NCBI GenBank assembly: GCA_964187785.1
Contig: OZ076409.1
Span: forward strand, 24,554,001 to 24,618,000
Length of the DNA: 64,000 nt
Direction of reading: 5' to 3'
DNA from: Amphiscolops sp. MND2022
Taxonomy: Eukaryota
The notes under the pieces: generated by a model
Seen by the model: the letters and a program-made list of their open reading frames with translations, nothing else
Database searches by the model: none
Told to the model about the DNA's origin: nothing
Translations under genes and position numbers: made by a program
Shown: one piece after another, positions 50,106 to 62,676 of the stretch
Layout of the letters: every line of letters starts with the position of its first letter
How positions within the stretch are numbered: the stretch's first letter is position 1

Positions 50106-51203
50106 TGTCCGTTTGCAACGACCAACTGTCAATTCTTTTCTTCATTCATATCTAGTGATTTTGCCGATCAACGTTTTGTAATTCAAGATACAAATTTGCT
50201 AATTTATTTTTGTGTGCTCTACTAAAAAATTTTTGACTGAGCGTCCTAAGAAATGTTTCGGTAGAAGCTATATAAAAAGCAACACGTCAATATATCAGAA
50301 ATAATTTTTTTCTCCTGGGTGCAATTTTCTCGCAAAATCCCGATAACGGCGGTTTGAGCGACCAATCATCACTGCTTATTTTAACTCAATGCTGAAGTTG
50401 AACAGAAGACACTTAAAAATCTAATGAGTAAAGGATTTCATCAATTGGTTTAATGTCAGCTGAGAATCATAAGTTCAGGTTAGAACTTTTCTTGAAACGA
50501 AACATGCCCGACTTACAGTTACTTGTTTTTAGTGGACGCTTTTTGCAAGGAAAAATCCGACTTTTACAATGACAAGTTTTTGTAAGATGACATTTTTCAC
50601 TTCGAAAGGCCCGCTTTTAACAAACGCCTAGCGTAAAAATAGAAGTGTACTAACAGGTATTGAAACGTCATCCCATTAAATTTTCCTCGCCTTTACATCA
50701 CGTACGAAACAGAAAAAAGTATAGAGGGCCACCTTTGGGTTTTTTCAACATTGTGCGACTTTTTTCAAAATCTTTCACTTCACCAGAGGGTGCCCCTTTG
50801 TTTTCCCCTATTTTAATTCGAAAAAGACGTTTTTCGATCCTAAGTGTCCCCTCAGACATCCCGGCGATGTGCGACGTTTGGTAAATTTTTTCTCGAGAAA
50901 ACCTTTTCCCGTCGAATTGTTTTTATTGGATGTTTTCAAAGAAGCGTTTCTCGAGGTCACTGTGCGCCCCTTTGTACTCTTTGCGATCTCTGAAAGTTTA
51001 AGAGAATTTGCAGCTAGCCTGTTTTGAAACAGCACTTTTTGAGCCTTGAGCTGCCCGACGACTTGAGACGTTCTTGTGTTATCTCTGCAGACCACATAGC
51101 TCACACCGTATGGTCCTCTTCCTACTGACTCACCTTACAATAGAACCTGAAGCGTACGTACCCAAAGAGTATAATTTGTAGATTTACCTTATCTATCAAA
51201 GTA

Positions 51204-51366
51204 CAGTAAACCCTCGATTATCCGCCACCATCGGTCCAGCGCGAATTATGGCGGATAAGTGAGAGTGGCGGTTAATCAAGGGAGCTTAGACACGGGTGGT
51301 ATAGCAAAATGTCCCCGTAGATTTGTGGCGGTTGACCAAAGGTGGCGGATAATCGAGGGTTTACTG
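51204..51366. mobile_element. Tc1/mariner (pogo-like) MITE
   Basis: Perfect 26-bp TIR CAGTAAACCCTCGATTATCCGCCACC; TA TSD. Confidence 0.92.
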
Positions 51367-51735
51367 TATATCTAATTAGGGAAAAACGAAGATCAGATGT
51401 TCAATTTGCTACATTTCGAAAATACATTCTGAGCATTAGTGTTCTAAATCTAAACTCATCTTTAGTATTTATCTGCGGTTGCAAATGTGTGAAGCCTCAA
51501 TTGTCTGCAACGAATCCACAAAGTTAGCAGAATCAACAACTCTGGACTGCCGGTGTAATTCAGTATTCGAAACAACACAACTCTGACTGGAGTGCCCCTG
51601 TGACGCGTTGTCCAACATTCAGGTCATCACACTCGAACAAGTTATTGAATACACAACAATTTTTCGGATAAACATTGGCAGTGGGCACTTCCATTGAGAC
51701 ACTTGATCGCGGATCTTCTCGTTTTCAAGAATCAA

Positions 51736-53186
51736 CTGGACAAGCAGCGTTTCACTTATCGTCATGATGGACTTCACAAAATTCAATTTTAGTCGGCGCT
51801 TTATGAAGTGAAACGCGACTATACTAGTGGCTTTTTTTTCAATCCACACAAACTGACCAAAATAGTTCTTAAAAGTTCTACGAAATTTTATGGCGTCAAA
51901 TTGAACCATTTTTCCTTTTTTTTCCATTTTTCCATACAATACTGGGCGAGACTAAAGGGCCCCCTTCCAGTTTTTTTCGGCATTGTGGGACTTTTTTTGG
52001 AAAATGTTTTTTCACCAAAGGGTCCCCCTTCAATTTTCTTGATGTTTTGCGACGGAAATTTTGAAAAATCTCAAAAATCTTCCCTTTCAGTTTTTTCGGC
52101 ATTGAGACTTTTTTCGAAAATATTTTAATGACTTCAAAGGGTTCCCCTTCAATTTTGCTGATGTTTTGCGACAGAAATGTTCCAAATGAAAAATCCCAAA
52201 GGGTCCCCCCTTTTAGCGCGCCAATTCGGTCCAACTTTTTGGTTTTTTTCGGGTACTGTAAAAGAATATTTGACACTTTGAAGTCCTTTTGCTATTTTTG
52301 AGCCTTAAATATGGCGCCAACTCATGCCATTCCCGGCTTGCTCAATTATTGTAAGGTAGTGCTATACAAATGGTGCCATTCACGAGTGTGTTATCCACAA
52401 GTGGAACCCTCTTCTCAAGTTTGCTCACGACTATGGAAGCAACCAAAGACTTGAGGGTCCTGGACAAGCAGCGTTTCACTTATCGTCATGATGGACTTCA
52501 CAAAATTCATTTTTAGTCGGCGCTTTATGAAGTGAAACGCGACTGTACTAGTGGCTTTTTTTTCAATCCACACAAACTGACCAAAATAGTTCTTAAAAGT
52601 TCTACGAAATTTTATGGCGTCAAATTGAACCATTTTTCCTTTTTTTTCCATTTTTCCATACAATACTGGGCGAGACTAAAGGGCCCCCTTCCAGTTTTTT
52701 TCGGCATTGTGGGACTTTTTTTGGAAAATGTTTTTTCAACCAAAGGGTCCCCCTTCAATTTTCTTGATGTTTTGCGACGGAAATTTTGAAAAATCTCAAA
52801 AATCTTCCCTTTCAGTTTTTTCGGCATTGAGACTTTTTTCGAAAATATTTTAATGACTTCAAAGGGTTCCCCTTCAATTTTGCTGATGTTTTGCGACAGA
52901 AATGTTCCAAATGAAAAATCCCAAAGGGTCCCCCTTTTAGCGCGCCAATTCGGTCCAACTTTTTGGTTTTTTTCGGGTACTGTAAAAGAATATTTGACAC
53001 TTTGAAGTCCTTTTGCTATTTTTGAGCCTTAAATATGGCGCCAACTCATGCCATTCCCGGCTTGCTCAAACTATTGTAAGGTAGTGCTATACAAATGGTG
53101 CCATTCACGAGTGTGTTATCCACAAGTGGAACCCTCTTCTCAAGTTTGCTCACGACTATGGAAGCAACCAAAGACTTGAGGGTCCT
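51736..53186. repeat. 724-bp tandem duplication, each unit holding a complete HINE (51787-52340, 52511-53064)
   Basis: CTGGACAAGCAGCG at 51736 and 52460; near-identical units; CT microhomology at the junction. Confidence 0.93.
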
Positions 53187-54280
53187 TCTGTGACCATACA
53201 TTAAAAAGGGATTAAAAAAGCGTTGGTGGATAGTGTTTTTTTTGAGTTTCGTACCGACACTCGTGGGGGGATTTCAGTAGGAGGCCTCTTTTCCGTTGAG
53301 CACATTGTAAAGATTTCTGGTATAACATAGCGATAAAAATGCCCCACATCTAAGTTGATAACGTTTTTCCCGAATTATAATGGATCTTGCAATGACAAAG
53401 GCAAAAATTTTTTCAGTCTGCCATTGTGGAACTCTATGCGTAAACGCATGAACTAGTTTCCAGAACAGCAGACTTAGTTTTGAATATTCCGATTGAGGCT
53501 GGAAAGTGTCTAAAGGTGTATTCTTTTTTAAAAGTGTTTTGCCAGAACATCACAGCGCCAGAAAAAAATTCACACAGCGCCACTGCATTTCTTGTTTTTC
53601 TTCAGATCAAAACGGATCTGATCTTAAAGCTATAAAATCAGCTTCTTAGCCAGCTGTTTGAACCATTTCGTTCAGCCCTCTCAGCCGTCTCTTTGTTACT
53701 AACTATCTTAACTCTTGCCCGCAAAATTAGATATTTTTCTCGATATAAAACAAAGGAGTCAATTGCAAAGTTAATTAACCTTTCATTGCAGTAATATCTT
53801 TTTCAAGTGCAGAGGATTTATATCCTTGGCTCAAGCATCAACACTTATAGTGCAAGATTTGGATGTTTTCAGTGAATTTACCTCTGACATGTTTAATGAG
53901 ATGTTATCCCAAAAATGGTGCGGAAATAATATACCTTTTGAAATTTATATGGAACTTTATTGCAGAAATTCTACGGAGCACGATTTTTTTTTAAATTGGA
54001 AATATCAATGTAACCAGCGTCGAACCTAGTTTGATCTCAGTTGGAATATCGTCAAATTGATATTTGATGGCAAATTTTATATGAGCCGCCGTCTGAGAAG
54101 TTTTTCAGTGGAATCAAAATATCGACTGAGTTATATATACATCACAAGCCGATATGTTGTTTTTCATCTCTGTCAAATTTTGAAGAACTCCTTTGAACTA
54201 TTATTAGTTCAGATATTCAATTATTTGAAATTTTCGAGACGTAAACAGATTAGATTTGTCGATTTTCAGAAAAAAAAAGT

Positions 54281-54352
54281 ATGTCTGCAACTTCTAGCAG
54301 TTTCTTGAAGCGCTCGACTTGCATTGTATGCAACTACATTCGTCAATACTCG
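54281..54352 (+). CDS. RCC1L: RCC1L exon 1, putative mitochondrial presequence
   Basis: MSATSSSFLKRSTCIVCNYIRQYS then G|GCAAGT; alternative GT donor at 54326. Confidence 0.6.
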
Positions 54353-57300
54353 GCAAGTTATTGATTTCAATTTTTCCATGACAAGTAATTTTGATGAAAA
54401 CATGCTGGATTTTGTAACAGAAAGAGCCACCAAGTAGTATCTACAAGCCGAATGAGAAGTATACCATGTTTCCTGTCAAAACAGCCCAAGAAGTGCTCCA
54501 GGAACAAGAGATGCCAGTAGTCTCTTATGCCGATCCAAAGCCTTCTCACAAACGACGAAAGAAGCCTCAGACATTTTTTGGCTGTGGAAATCTGCATACA
54601 GGTGCTTTGGGACTGGTCAAACACGATGGCTCTGCGTTGAATCAAAGACAGATCGCCAATCCTAGAAAACTGCATTTCGATAAAACTATACGGTAGTGTA
54701 TGTAATTTCTTCTATTGCATGCCACGATATTTTCTCATTTTCGCAGGGATTTTTATTTCGGTATTTTTTACACTCCTTTCTGTCCGTCGTAACTTCTCGT
54801 GCTATTTTTCAGTCGGCGCTTTTCGTAGAAAAACGCAGACTACAGTAGTGACTTTTCTTTTTTTTTCTTTTTCAAGACCAACGAAGTGACAGATTTTAAA
54901 AGCTGGCTTCCACTAACTGCATAGAGACTACTGGCACTTGGTATAGAGTTTAATTAGGCTTTTTTGAGGTCTACCAAGCAGAAGGACGTGGGTTCGAGTC
55001 CCGCCCTTGACCAAAATTTTTTTTGAAGGTTATTTCGGCTTTGTGAGACTTTTTTTCGCAAATTTTTTGTGTGTCTCCAAAGGGTCCCCCTTCAATTTTT
55101 TTCTATTTTGCAAAAGAATGGATGTTCAAAAACTCCCAAAGGCCCCTTTTTACATTTTTCGGCACTATGCGACTTACCGGAGACCAAAAAATATTCAAAA
55201 AAGTTCGGAATTTTTCAGTTTTTTCCTCACGCGGGTGTAGAAGAGAATACTTGACACTTTGAAGTCGTTTTGCTATTTTTGAGCCTTAGATATGGCGCCG
55301 ACTTGAGCCGTTCCCGGCTTGTTAATATATCTATCGAAAAAAATTTCCAAAACATTCGAAAAAAGAATCCAGAATTCAAAAACGCTAAAAACCAACAATG
55401 GGTCTCGCTGTGATATTTTGACACTGAGCATTGCACTTTTTTCATTTATGGCGTTGATTCTCGGGGAGCGAAAGGTTTTGGTTTTGTGGTTTTGTTTTAG
55501 TGAGCCGGTTTTCTGCTAAAATGTATTTTGAAAACGGAAAACAATCACAGTGTCAAAATATCACAGTGTCAAGATATGAAGAATTTTGAACGTCAAGGTT
55601 CTTGAACTATCTTCGATACTAATCTTTTTCGATTGTCATACGTTATCTAAAGTTACCATGTGGGCTCGCGAAATATTTTACTTCAAGGGAACGTAAAGTG
55701 TTGCAGTGCGCCTGAGCTTTCTACCCCTATTAAGAAACCCGTGCATTTCGTGTTTACCACCTTAAGTTGCAGTCAGCTAATTCGTGGCAAGATTTCATCA
55801 AAGTCTTCAGCAGTTTATGAAAACAATTTTTTTCAGAATTTCAAGCATTAAAGTAAAATCTTTGATGTGCCAATTGCAAAGAGTGATTTTCCGGGAGACT
55901 ATTTCTGATGTGATTACAGGACTGTGGGTTGTGGTTACGGCTTCACAATTTTTGTGCCATCCTCTCTGACTGGCGCTGGTCTTTTCGGCTGTGGATTGAA
56001 CGGAGAGGGTCAGTTAGGCCAACATTTCGCTAACGAAGATGACCCACAAAGTATCTTCGAACTTCTCCTGACTTTGCAACCAATTGAGTTAAGCTCGCCT
56101 GAAGTGACTCCTTCTGCGCGCTTCACGAGAGTCGACTGTGGTCGATCTCATGTTGTGGTGGTCAGTGAAAAACACGAGGTCTTTTGTTTTGGGTCAAACT
56201 CTAATGGCCAATGTGGGTATCCGGTCAAAGAAGGCACCGATTATTTGGTCGATGCAAAAGTTCATCTTGTGAAGGAACTGCTTGACTTCAGGATCAAGAA
56301 AGTTGTTTGTGGATATGATCATAGTCTATGTTTGACTGAGTGTGGAAAAGTGTTTTCGTGGGGGTGGAATGCGGACGGTCAGTTGGGAATTGGTCATACA
56401 AACTCAACCCATACACCATCATTAGTCAAAGGGGACATGACCGATGAGAAAATAGTTGACATCAGTTGTTTTGCGGATACATGTTTAGCCGTCAACGAAA
56501 AAGGTTCCCCAAACCTTAGGCTTCGTGAATTATCAATTATAGTCTAATAGCTTTTTCGATAAGATTGTTCATGAATAATGAACATATAAATTGTGTTTGG
56601 TATGTTTAAAAAAGTCATTTAATTCCATCATCATCATTCGATTGAACGAAATGAATGGTATTAGGTTTGGTATAAAGTTCAATCGTAATTGTAGCCACGC
56701 TGTTCCTAGAGAATCCAATAAAGTGAAAGAAAGGAGAGCTGTTTTTGTGAGAATAATGTATTGTTGGGCGAAAACGGTTCAATTAACAAAGAATGTAAAG
56801 TTTATTTCTATAATTGGGAGCTTTTCGCAGCTTTTGTCGATAATTGACTCAGAAATTTCCCCATAGCTCACTACCTAAATGATCATTTAAGTATTGTTGC
56901 AGGTGACATATTCGGATGGGGAAACTCTGAATACAGCCAATTCAGTGTGTCCACAGATGATATCCAACTGACTATACCCCGCAAATTGGATTTCAAAAAT
57001 TTACAATCTAAACCGACATCAGTGGTCGCTGCAGGCAGCATGTGTGGCCTTCTTACTCAACAGGGAGAAGTGTATACATTTGGCTACGGACAGCTGGGAC
57101 ACGGTCCAAACGTCTCCCGATCTGCCGAGCCACAACTAGTGCACCCTAGATTGTTTGGTACGCTTCAGAAACCTGTTAGAGTTGAAACACAGAGTAAAAC
57201 TTGGACCAGTCAATCGATTAAGAATCAAATTCACCGGTTAATCGATTAACTGATCCAGATTCTATAACTGAGTGAAAGGGTATGAAGGGTACAAGTTTTC

Positions 57301-59294
57301 TCTGATTTTTTTTGTTTTTCGACAAGTGGTTTTTGAGATAATGCATGAAACAGTTCGAGAAGTCCAGAAAATAAAAGATATGACTTTCGTCAAGCTCCTA
57401 AATGACCGATGTCGTTATAATTCTCGTCACCAAATCTCGTGGTTCCGAGATTCGTATTAAATGCATAACTAAAAATTAGTTGGTGAAACTAGTTGTTTTT
57501 GAAAGGAAAAAGTTTATTCAATTGAATGGTAAGAATCAAAATTATTTCAAAAGTTTCAACATTCAATTTGGACGAGATGAGCCTTGTTGTTTTTTAGTCG
57601 GCGCCTTTTCCCTTGAGGAAAAAAAGCCGGACCATTACAGTGAGTAGTTTTTTCAGCCTACAATTTCATTCTGAATGGTCCACTTTTCTTACAATTTTCA
57701 TGAGTCATGAATTCTTGCTTGCGAAGTACTTTTACATCATCTAAGAAACGAGGCCAAAAGGTACTCCCTTAAAGTATTTTCGGCTCTGTGAGACTTTTTT
57801 TCGAAAAAAATTCTCACCAAAGGGTCCCCCTTCAATTTTTTGATATTTTCCGATAGAATGGATGTTGAAAAGTCCGAAAGGGTCGCCCTTTCAGTTTTTT
57901 CGGCAATGTGAGACTTTTTTCAAAAAAATTTTTCATAAAAGGGTCCCCAATACACCAATACGCGAACGAGTGTTAATTATTTATACGCCGAGTTCATTGA
58001 GATGTAGCGAACGTGTGTTAATTATCCGTACGTCGAGAGTTTCGCATGCATTCGAATTTAAGACCGGATATTTATAAACATAAGTAAAGGTTAACAAAAC
58101 TGAAATTTGTGACAAAATATCAATTTTTTAGTCGGCGTTTTTCGTAGAAAAACGCAAACTATAGTAGTGACTTTGTTTTCTTTTTTTTTTAAGACCAACG
58201 AACTGACAGATTCTATAAGCTTTATAAGCTGACTTGCACTAACACTAAACTGTGCCACACTACTTCTACTGGCACTTGGCATATAGGTTACGGCTTTTTT
58301 GAGGTCTGCCAAGCAGAAGGACGTGGGTTCGAGTCCCGCCCTTGACCAAAAATTTTTTGTGCAGGTTTTTTCGGCTTTGTGAGACTTTCTTTCGCAATTT
58401 TTTAATGTCTCCAAAGGGTCCCCCTTCAATTTTTTTCTATTTTGCAAAAGAATGGATGTTCAAAAACTCCCAAAGGCCCGCTTTTTACATTTTTCGGCAC
58501 TATGCGACTTACCGGAGACCATAAATATTCAAAAAAATTCGGATTTTTCCTCACGCAGGTACTGTAGAAGATAATACTTGACATTTTGAAGTCCTTTTAG
58601 CATTTTTGAGCCTTAGATATGGCGCCGACTTGGGCCGTTCCCGGCTTGTTTTACTTCGTTGTACCTTACTGCATCTAGTTCGTGAAGTTTGAGAAAGGTC
58701 CATTGTTGCAGGAATGGACCTGGATAATGATGGCAGTGTCTCCAAACTAGCTTGTGGCTTGTCTCATTTTGCTGCCGTCAACTATCAAGGCGCCCTTTAC
58801 ACCTGGGGCAAGAACAGATTTGGGTGTTTGGGTCTCAACACTAAAGCTGATCAAAGCTTTCCTCTCAATGTACACTTTAGGTAAAGTTACTGATATGAGG
58901 AGTAAATTGAAGAGAATAAAACACGGAACAAAGCAACCAAAATCGACCGAAAATCTGAATTCATTGTAGTTTCAGGGCAACGATGAAGGGGAAATTCCTT
59001 AGTAAAAGTCAAACAAATGAAGCTTTCGGTACCTTTTACAAAATGCCTTCAGTGTAGTTTGTTTTCGTTTGTCATTTGACAAGTTGTTACATGATACATA
59101 ACTAGAAGTTACACCATATGCTCTTCTAATTCACTTAATTACAATTTTAATTGTGAAAACAGCATAAAAATGGAATATTAAAACGATCCATGTTCTTCGT
59201 TTACCTTTTGCTCTGTTTTAGAAAGGATATTGTCAACGATGTTGTTTGTGGAGTTGATCACACTATTATCATCAGTGAGAAACTTGCTAGATGA
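54281..59294 (+). CDS. RCC1L: RCC1-like protein (RCC1L/WBSCR16, mitochondrial), about 474 aa; exons 54281-54352, 54421-54692, 55920-56503, 56903-57157, 58712-58880, 59222-59294
   Basis: RCC1 repeats and motifs in RCC1L order: GNLHTGALG, CGYGFT, GLNGEGQLG, CGRSH, CGYDHS, WGWNADGQLG, FGWGNSEYSQ, GYGQLGHGPN, CGLSHFAA, WGKNRFGCLG, CGVDH. The N-terminus is Ser/Arg-rich and acid-free, like a presequence. All phases are compatible. Confidence 0.9.
54421..54692 (+). CDS. RCC1L: RCC1L exon 2
   Basis: aacag|AAAGAG...; EMPVVSY...FFGCGNLHTGALG. Confidence 0.85.
54805..55323 (+). mobile_element. HINE copy in RCC1L intron 2
   Basis: Both termini present, B-box-like GGTTCGAGTCCC inside. Confidence 0.85.
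55920..56503 (+). CDS. RCC1L: RCC1L exon 3
   Basis: TVGCGYGFT...three RCC1 repeats...DTCLAVNEK. Confidence 0.93.
56903..57157 (+). CDS. RCC1L: RCC1L exon 4
   Basis: DIFGWGNSEYSQF...YTFGYGQLGHGPN...HPRLF. Confidence 0.92.
57591..58650 (+). mobile_element. Truncated HINE (57591 to about 57950), unrelated repeat, complete HINE (58125-58650)
   Basis: Heads at about 57592 and 58126; 3' end at 58620-58650. Confidence 0.8.
57960..58093 (+). repeat. Unclassified dispersed repeat with about 46-bp tandem subunits (also 63400-63540 and diverged 43525-43630)
   Basis: GAACGAGTGTTAATTAT...TCATTGAGATG units shared by three loci. Confidence 0.75.
58712..58880 (+). CDS. RCC1L: RCC1L exon 5
   Basis: LACGLSHFAAVNYQGALYTWGKNRFGCLG. 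Confidence 0.92.
59222..59294 (+). CDS. RCC1L: RCC1L terminal exon
   Basis: KDIVNDVVCGVDHTIIISEKLAR-TGA. Confidence 0.9.
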
Positions 59295-60640
59295 CCTTCT
59301 GAAATACAAATTCTATTTTCCAATATCTAATTAAAAAATTTTTCCAATCCTTGACTTTTCAAGTTATTTTTTGCAAGCTTTGCTTAGTATAGGCAACTAA
59401 CAAAATGGACACGCGTTATGTTTTGAGGCATTGAACATATGCGGATTTCGATCATCAGTTGTCTCGTCATAATTAAATTGGAAGTTTAAAGGTTGCAGTT
59501 GAAGTTTAAATTGCAGTCATTTTCTGCCTTCATTGTCATTTCAAGTACTCCACTTGAAGTGCGACACGATTTTGTCTCAGAATAATTCCATCTGATATCG
59601 ACCCGACCCGCTTTCTCGACAATTTTATTGCATGAAGTCAGTCATAACAATGCTTTTCCATAGGAGTTTTCGTTTTCAAAAACATAGTCACGTAATCTTT
59701 CATGAATTGGAAACGTTGTTGTGAAGAAATGCTGCTCGTAATTGGTTTCTTAGACCGTTTAATCTGGGCTTTTTCCCAATCTGTGCTCCAAGGATTTTAT
59801 ATTGTTTTCATTTGTTGAAGCTGAATGGCAACAATAAAGGCATATTCAAAGCGTAAAAGTCCGGAAATAGCTCGATTCAAGTGTATAGGGAAGAAATTTC
59901 CTCGGAAAACGTAGAAAGGTTCATGTAAAATATCCTAAAAAGGAAGCGTTTTCATTGACAAACGTGATTAAGGCAAGACTATATGGCAGTTGAAGTTGTG
60001 GACGCTGGAGAAACTGAAAGCTAAATTTCTGAAGCTAAAAATTAAATAATTCATGCTCTTTTATCCATTCAGATTTCGGTTTCGCTTTTGTATTCGTTTT
60101 ATGCTGTCTAGTCTCGCTAATGCGGTTTTATGCGACAGCATAATTCTGCAGGCCCCAATACGCCCATATGAAGTATCTGGATCTTGAAATCGTGTACACA
60201 CGACCTCGAATAAGCTTAATTCGTAACGCCAGTCCGAAGTCTGAACGGCTCCAGGATTCTGGGATTGTTTTCAAAATGGTCCAGAATTCATCATTTATGT
60301 CCAGGGAGTGTCAGCTAGACAAGTGAAAGGAGATTCCATTCATCAATGACCTGATTGAAGAAAAAACATAGAAAAAGCCTAACTGGCAAAATTGAATTTT
60401 TGAAGTATCTGGCTGTTTGAAGGAACATATTTGCTACATGCTGACTACACGGGTTCTTTTTCAAAAATGATTTTACGATACACCATGTTTTGCAATGTAT
60501 GAATCCACAGGCTACGATTCAAATTTTACATGACAACACGCTCTCTGGGATACTTAGCTAGTAGAATGCATAGTAGTAATCTATTCTTTAACAAAAAATC
60601 TTGCAGACCCCATAATTTAATTCACATTTAGTACTAAAAC

Positions 60641-61645
60641 CAGAGGCGTGACAGCGATGGCGGTAGCGTTAGTGACAATTAAGCATGAATTAGCGATAGC
60701 GATAGTTAGCGATAAATTAAAGCATTAGCGAACATTTTTAGTCGGCGCTTTTCTAGGTAAAAGTGCCCGACTCTTACAGTGGCTAGTTTTTCGTCAGACC
60801 ACAGACCTCATCGCGTATGTACCACTTTTTACAGACTTCACTCTCGCTCACATGTACTCGGTTTACGGTGAACCCAGCGGTCACGGGTTCCAGTCCTTGC
60901 TTTAGCCAGAAACCTTTTCGACCAATTTCTTTCGACACTGTGCGGCTCTTTCAATTTTTTTCGGCACTGTGCGACTTTTTTTCGAATTTTTTTTGTCGCC
61001 AAAGGGTCCTCCCTTCAAGTTTTTTGATATTTTGCAACAAACTGAAGTTTCAAAAAGCCCAAAGGGTCCCCCTTTCTAGTTTTTCGGCACTATTAGACTG
61101 TTTCAAAAATCTCATTTTTCGTTTTTTTTCGAAAATTTTTCCAAATTTTTTTAAATATTTTTTAAATGTCTCCAAAGGGTCCCCCCTCAACTTTTTTGAT
61201 ATTTTGCAACAGACTGGATTTTCAAAAAGTCGAAAGGGTCCCCCTTTTAACAAATTGAAAAAATTGCGCTTTTTTGAGCCTTAGATATAGCGCCGACTTT
61301 AGACGTTCCCGTCTTGTTATTCGCTAAAAGAATTCAAAGTTAACTAATGTAATAATTTAATGCGAATAACTTGACACATCATATTGACTGTGGCTTGGCT
61401 TTCATTTTTTTTCGAACGGTTATTCAGTGTGCCCGGCAATGTGCAGAACCCAAGGCGAATTAGATTTTGCCCAAAAATTTTTTAAAATTTGTTACTCTGT
61501 AAGTACAATTCTGAAATTTTTAAATGAATATCTTGAAAATCAGATTTAATTAGCGATAGCCTTAGCGAACCCATTTTGTTGTAACGGTAGCGATGAAATC
61601 AAGCCGTTAGCGATTAGCGATAAAATTGATAGCGATCACCCTCTG
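60641..61645. mobile_element. hAT-like MITE
   Basis: TIR CAGAGGCGTGA/TCACCCTCTG; perfect TSD ACTAAAAC; TAGCGA repeats. Confidence 0.88.
60735..61318 (+). mobile_element. HINE copy nested in a hAT-like MITE
   Basis: TTTTTAGTCGGCGC ... GCGCCGACTTTAGACGTTCCCGTCTTGTT. Confidence 0.85.
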
Positions 61646-61677
61646 ACTAAAACGTAAAATGTTTTTTTTTCAGAGGA

Positions 61678-62228
61678 ATGAGCACAATTAAAATTGGTTG
61701 CATATCCAGATGCATTTTCAGTCGCCAATTCCAAACATGCACAGTCAGGTAAGCAATGTTACATTTGCTCCTAATTATCTACTATAGTTTCGATGTCTGG
61801 ATTATTTTTTTCAATCACGCAAAACACGGGAACACAACAGCATTGATGTCTTTTCTAAATGAATAAAATTTCTTCGAGTTGACCAAATAAAAAATCGTAT
61901 CTCTAATCTCAATACATTCGAGGCAAAATGGCATTTAAAAGCTCTTCAAAGCGTCTCAGAATGGTGAAACCTTCGAACAAATCCAAAAAATTGGAAAATC
62001 GTTTGGAAAATTAGAACCCAATAAAGATTTGACACTATACTTGACTTGGGTATCATTTCTTGCATTTAGACTGGGACTAAAGGGTAAAACAACGAACTTG
62101 GCAATGCTCCAAGCAGCGGAAAAGCGCAAACAGAAGAAGTTGCAAGTGCTGCAAAAATTGTATGAGAACCTCGATAAACGCATTGTCCCTGATAAAGAAG
62201 TTAACTACGATCTTCTTCAAGAATCCAG
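61678..62228 (+). CDS. 3'-partial gene (exons 61678-61748, 62070-62228); probable mitochondrial protein, weakly resembling ribosomal protein mL40
   Basis: ATG...AG|gtaagc and tttag|A...AG|gtatgt join in frame: MSTIKIGCISRCIFSRQFQTCTVRLGLKGKTTNLAMLQAAEKRKQKKLQVLQKLYENLDKRIVPDKEVNYDLLQESR. Presequence-like start, then a basic helix. The mL40 resemblance is from memory only. Confidence 0.6.
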
Positions 62229-62369
62229 GTATGTATCTAACACATCTACAGAATTTACCCCTGTGTTTTTTATGTACAACTTTTTTGTGAGAATGATGTT
62301 TTTTATTTCGAAAACTGTCCCAAACTGCAGAAACCTTACCCCAAAAGCCACAACTTTTGAATTTTCTTG

Positions 62370-62467
62370 ATTTTAAGTTCAAAGGATCTAGTTAGTTTGT
62401 TCATATGTTTCTGATTCATTTTAAGTTCAAAGGATCTAGTTAGTTTGTTCATATGTTTCTGATTCAT
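62370..62467. repeat. About 49-bp tandem duplication
   Basis: ATTTTAAGTTCAAAGGATCTAGTTAGTTTGTTCATATGTTTCTGATTC twice. Confidence 0.9.
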
Positions 62468-62676
62468 AACTTTGAGGGCAAATTTATTTTGATGGACTCA
62501 AGGGTTTGACGTGAGAATCGGTCAAAAACATCCTTGTTATAATATTTCTGCGTATTTCTGAAGTATTAGAGAATGCTGTAAATGTGATCTTTTTCCAGAC
62601 TTCTGTCAGCTCACTTCTTCGCTGATTCTAGTAGCAGTGAGGCAGCGCTACTTCAAGTCTACAGCTAATTTATTTA

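Noticed and set aside
51540..53210. Coding-looking flanks of the duplicated HINE
   Set aside because: Frames are interrupted by stops and no recognisable protein emerges.
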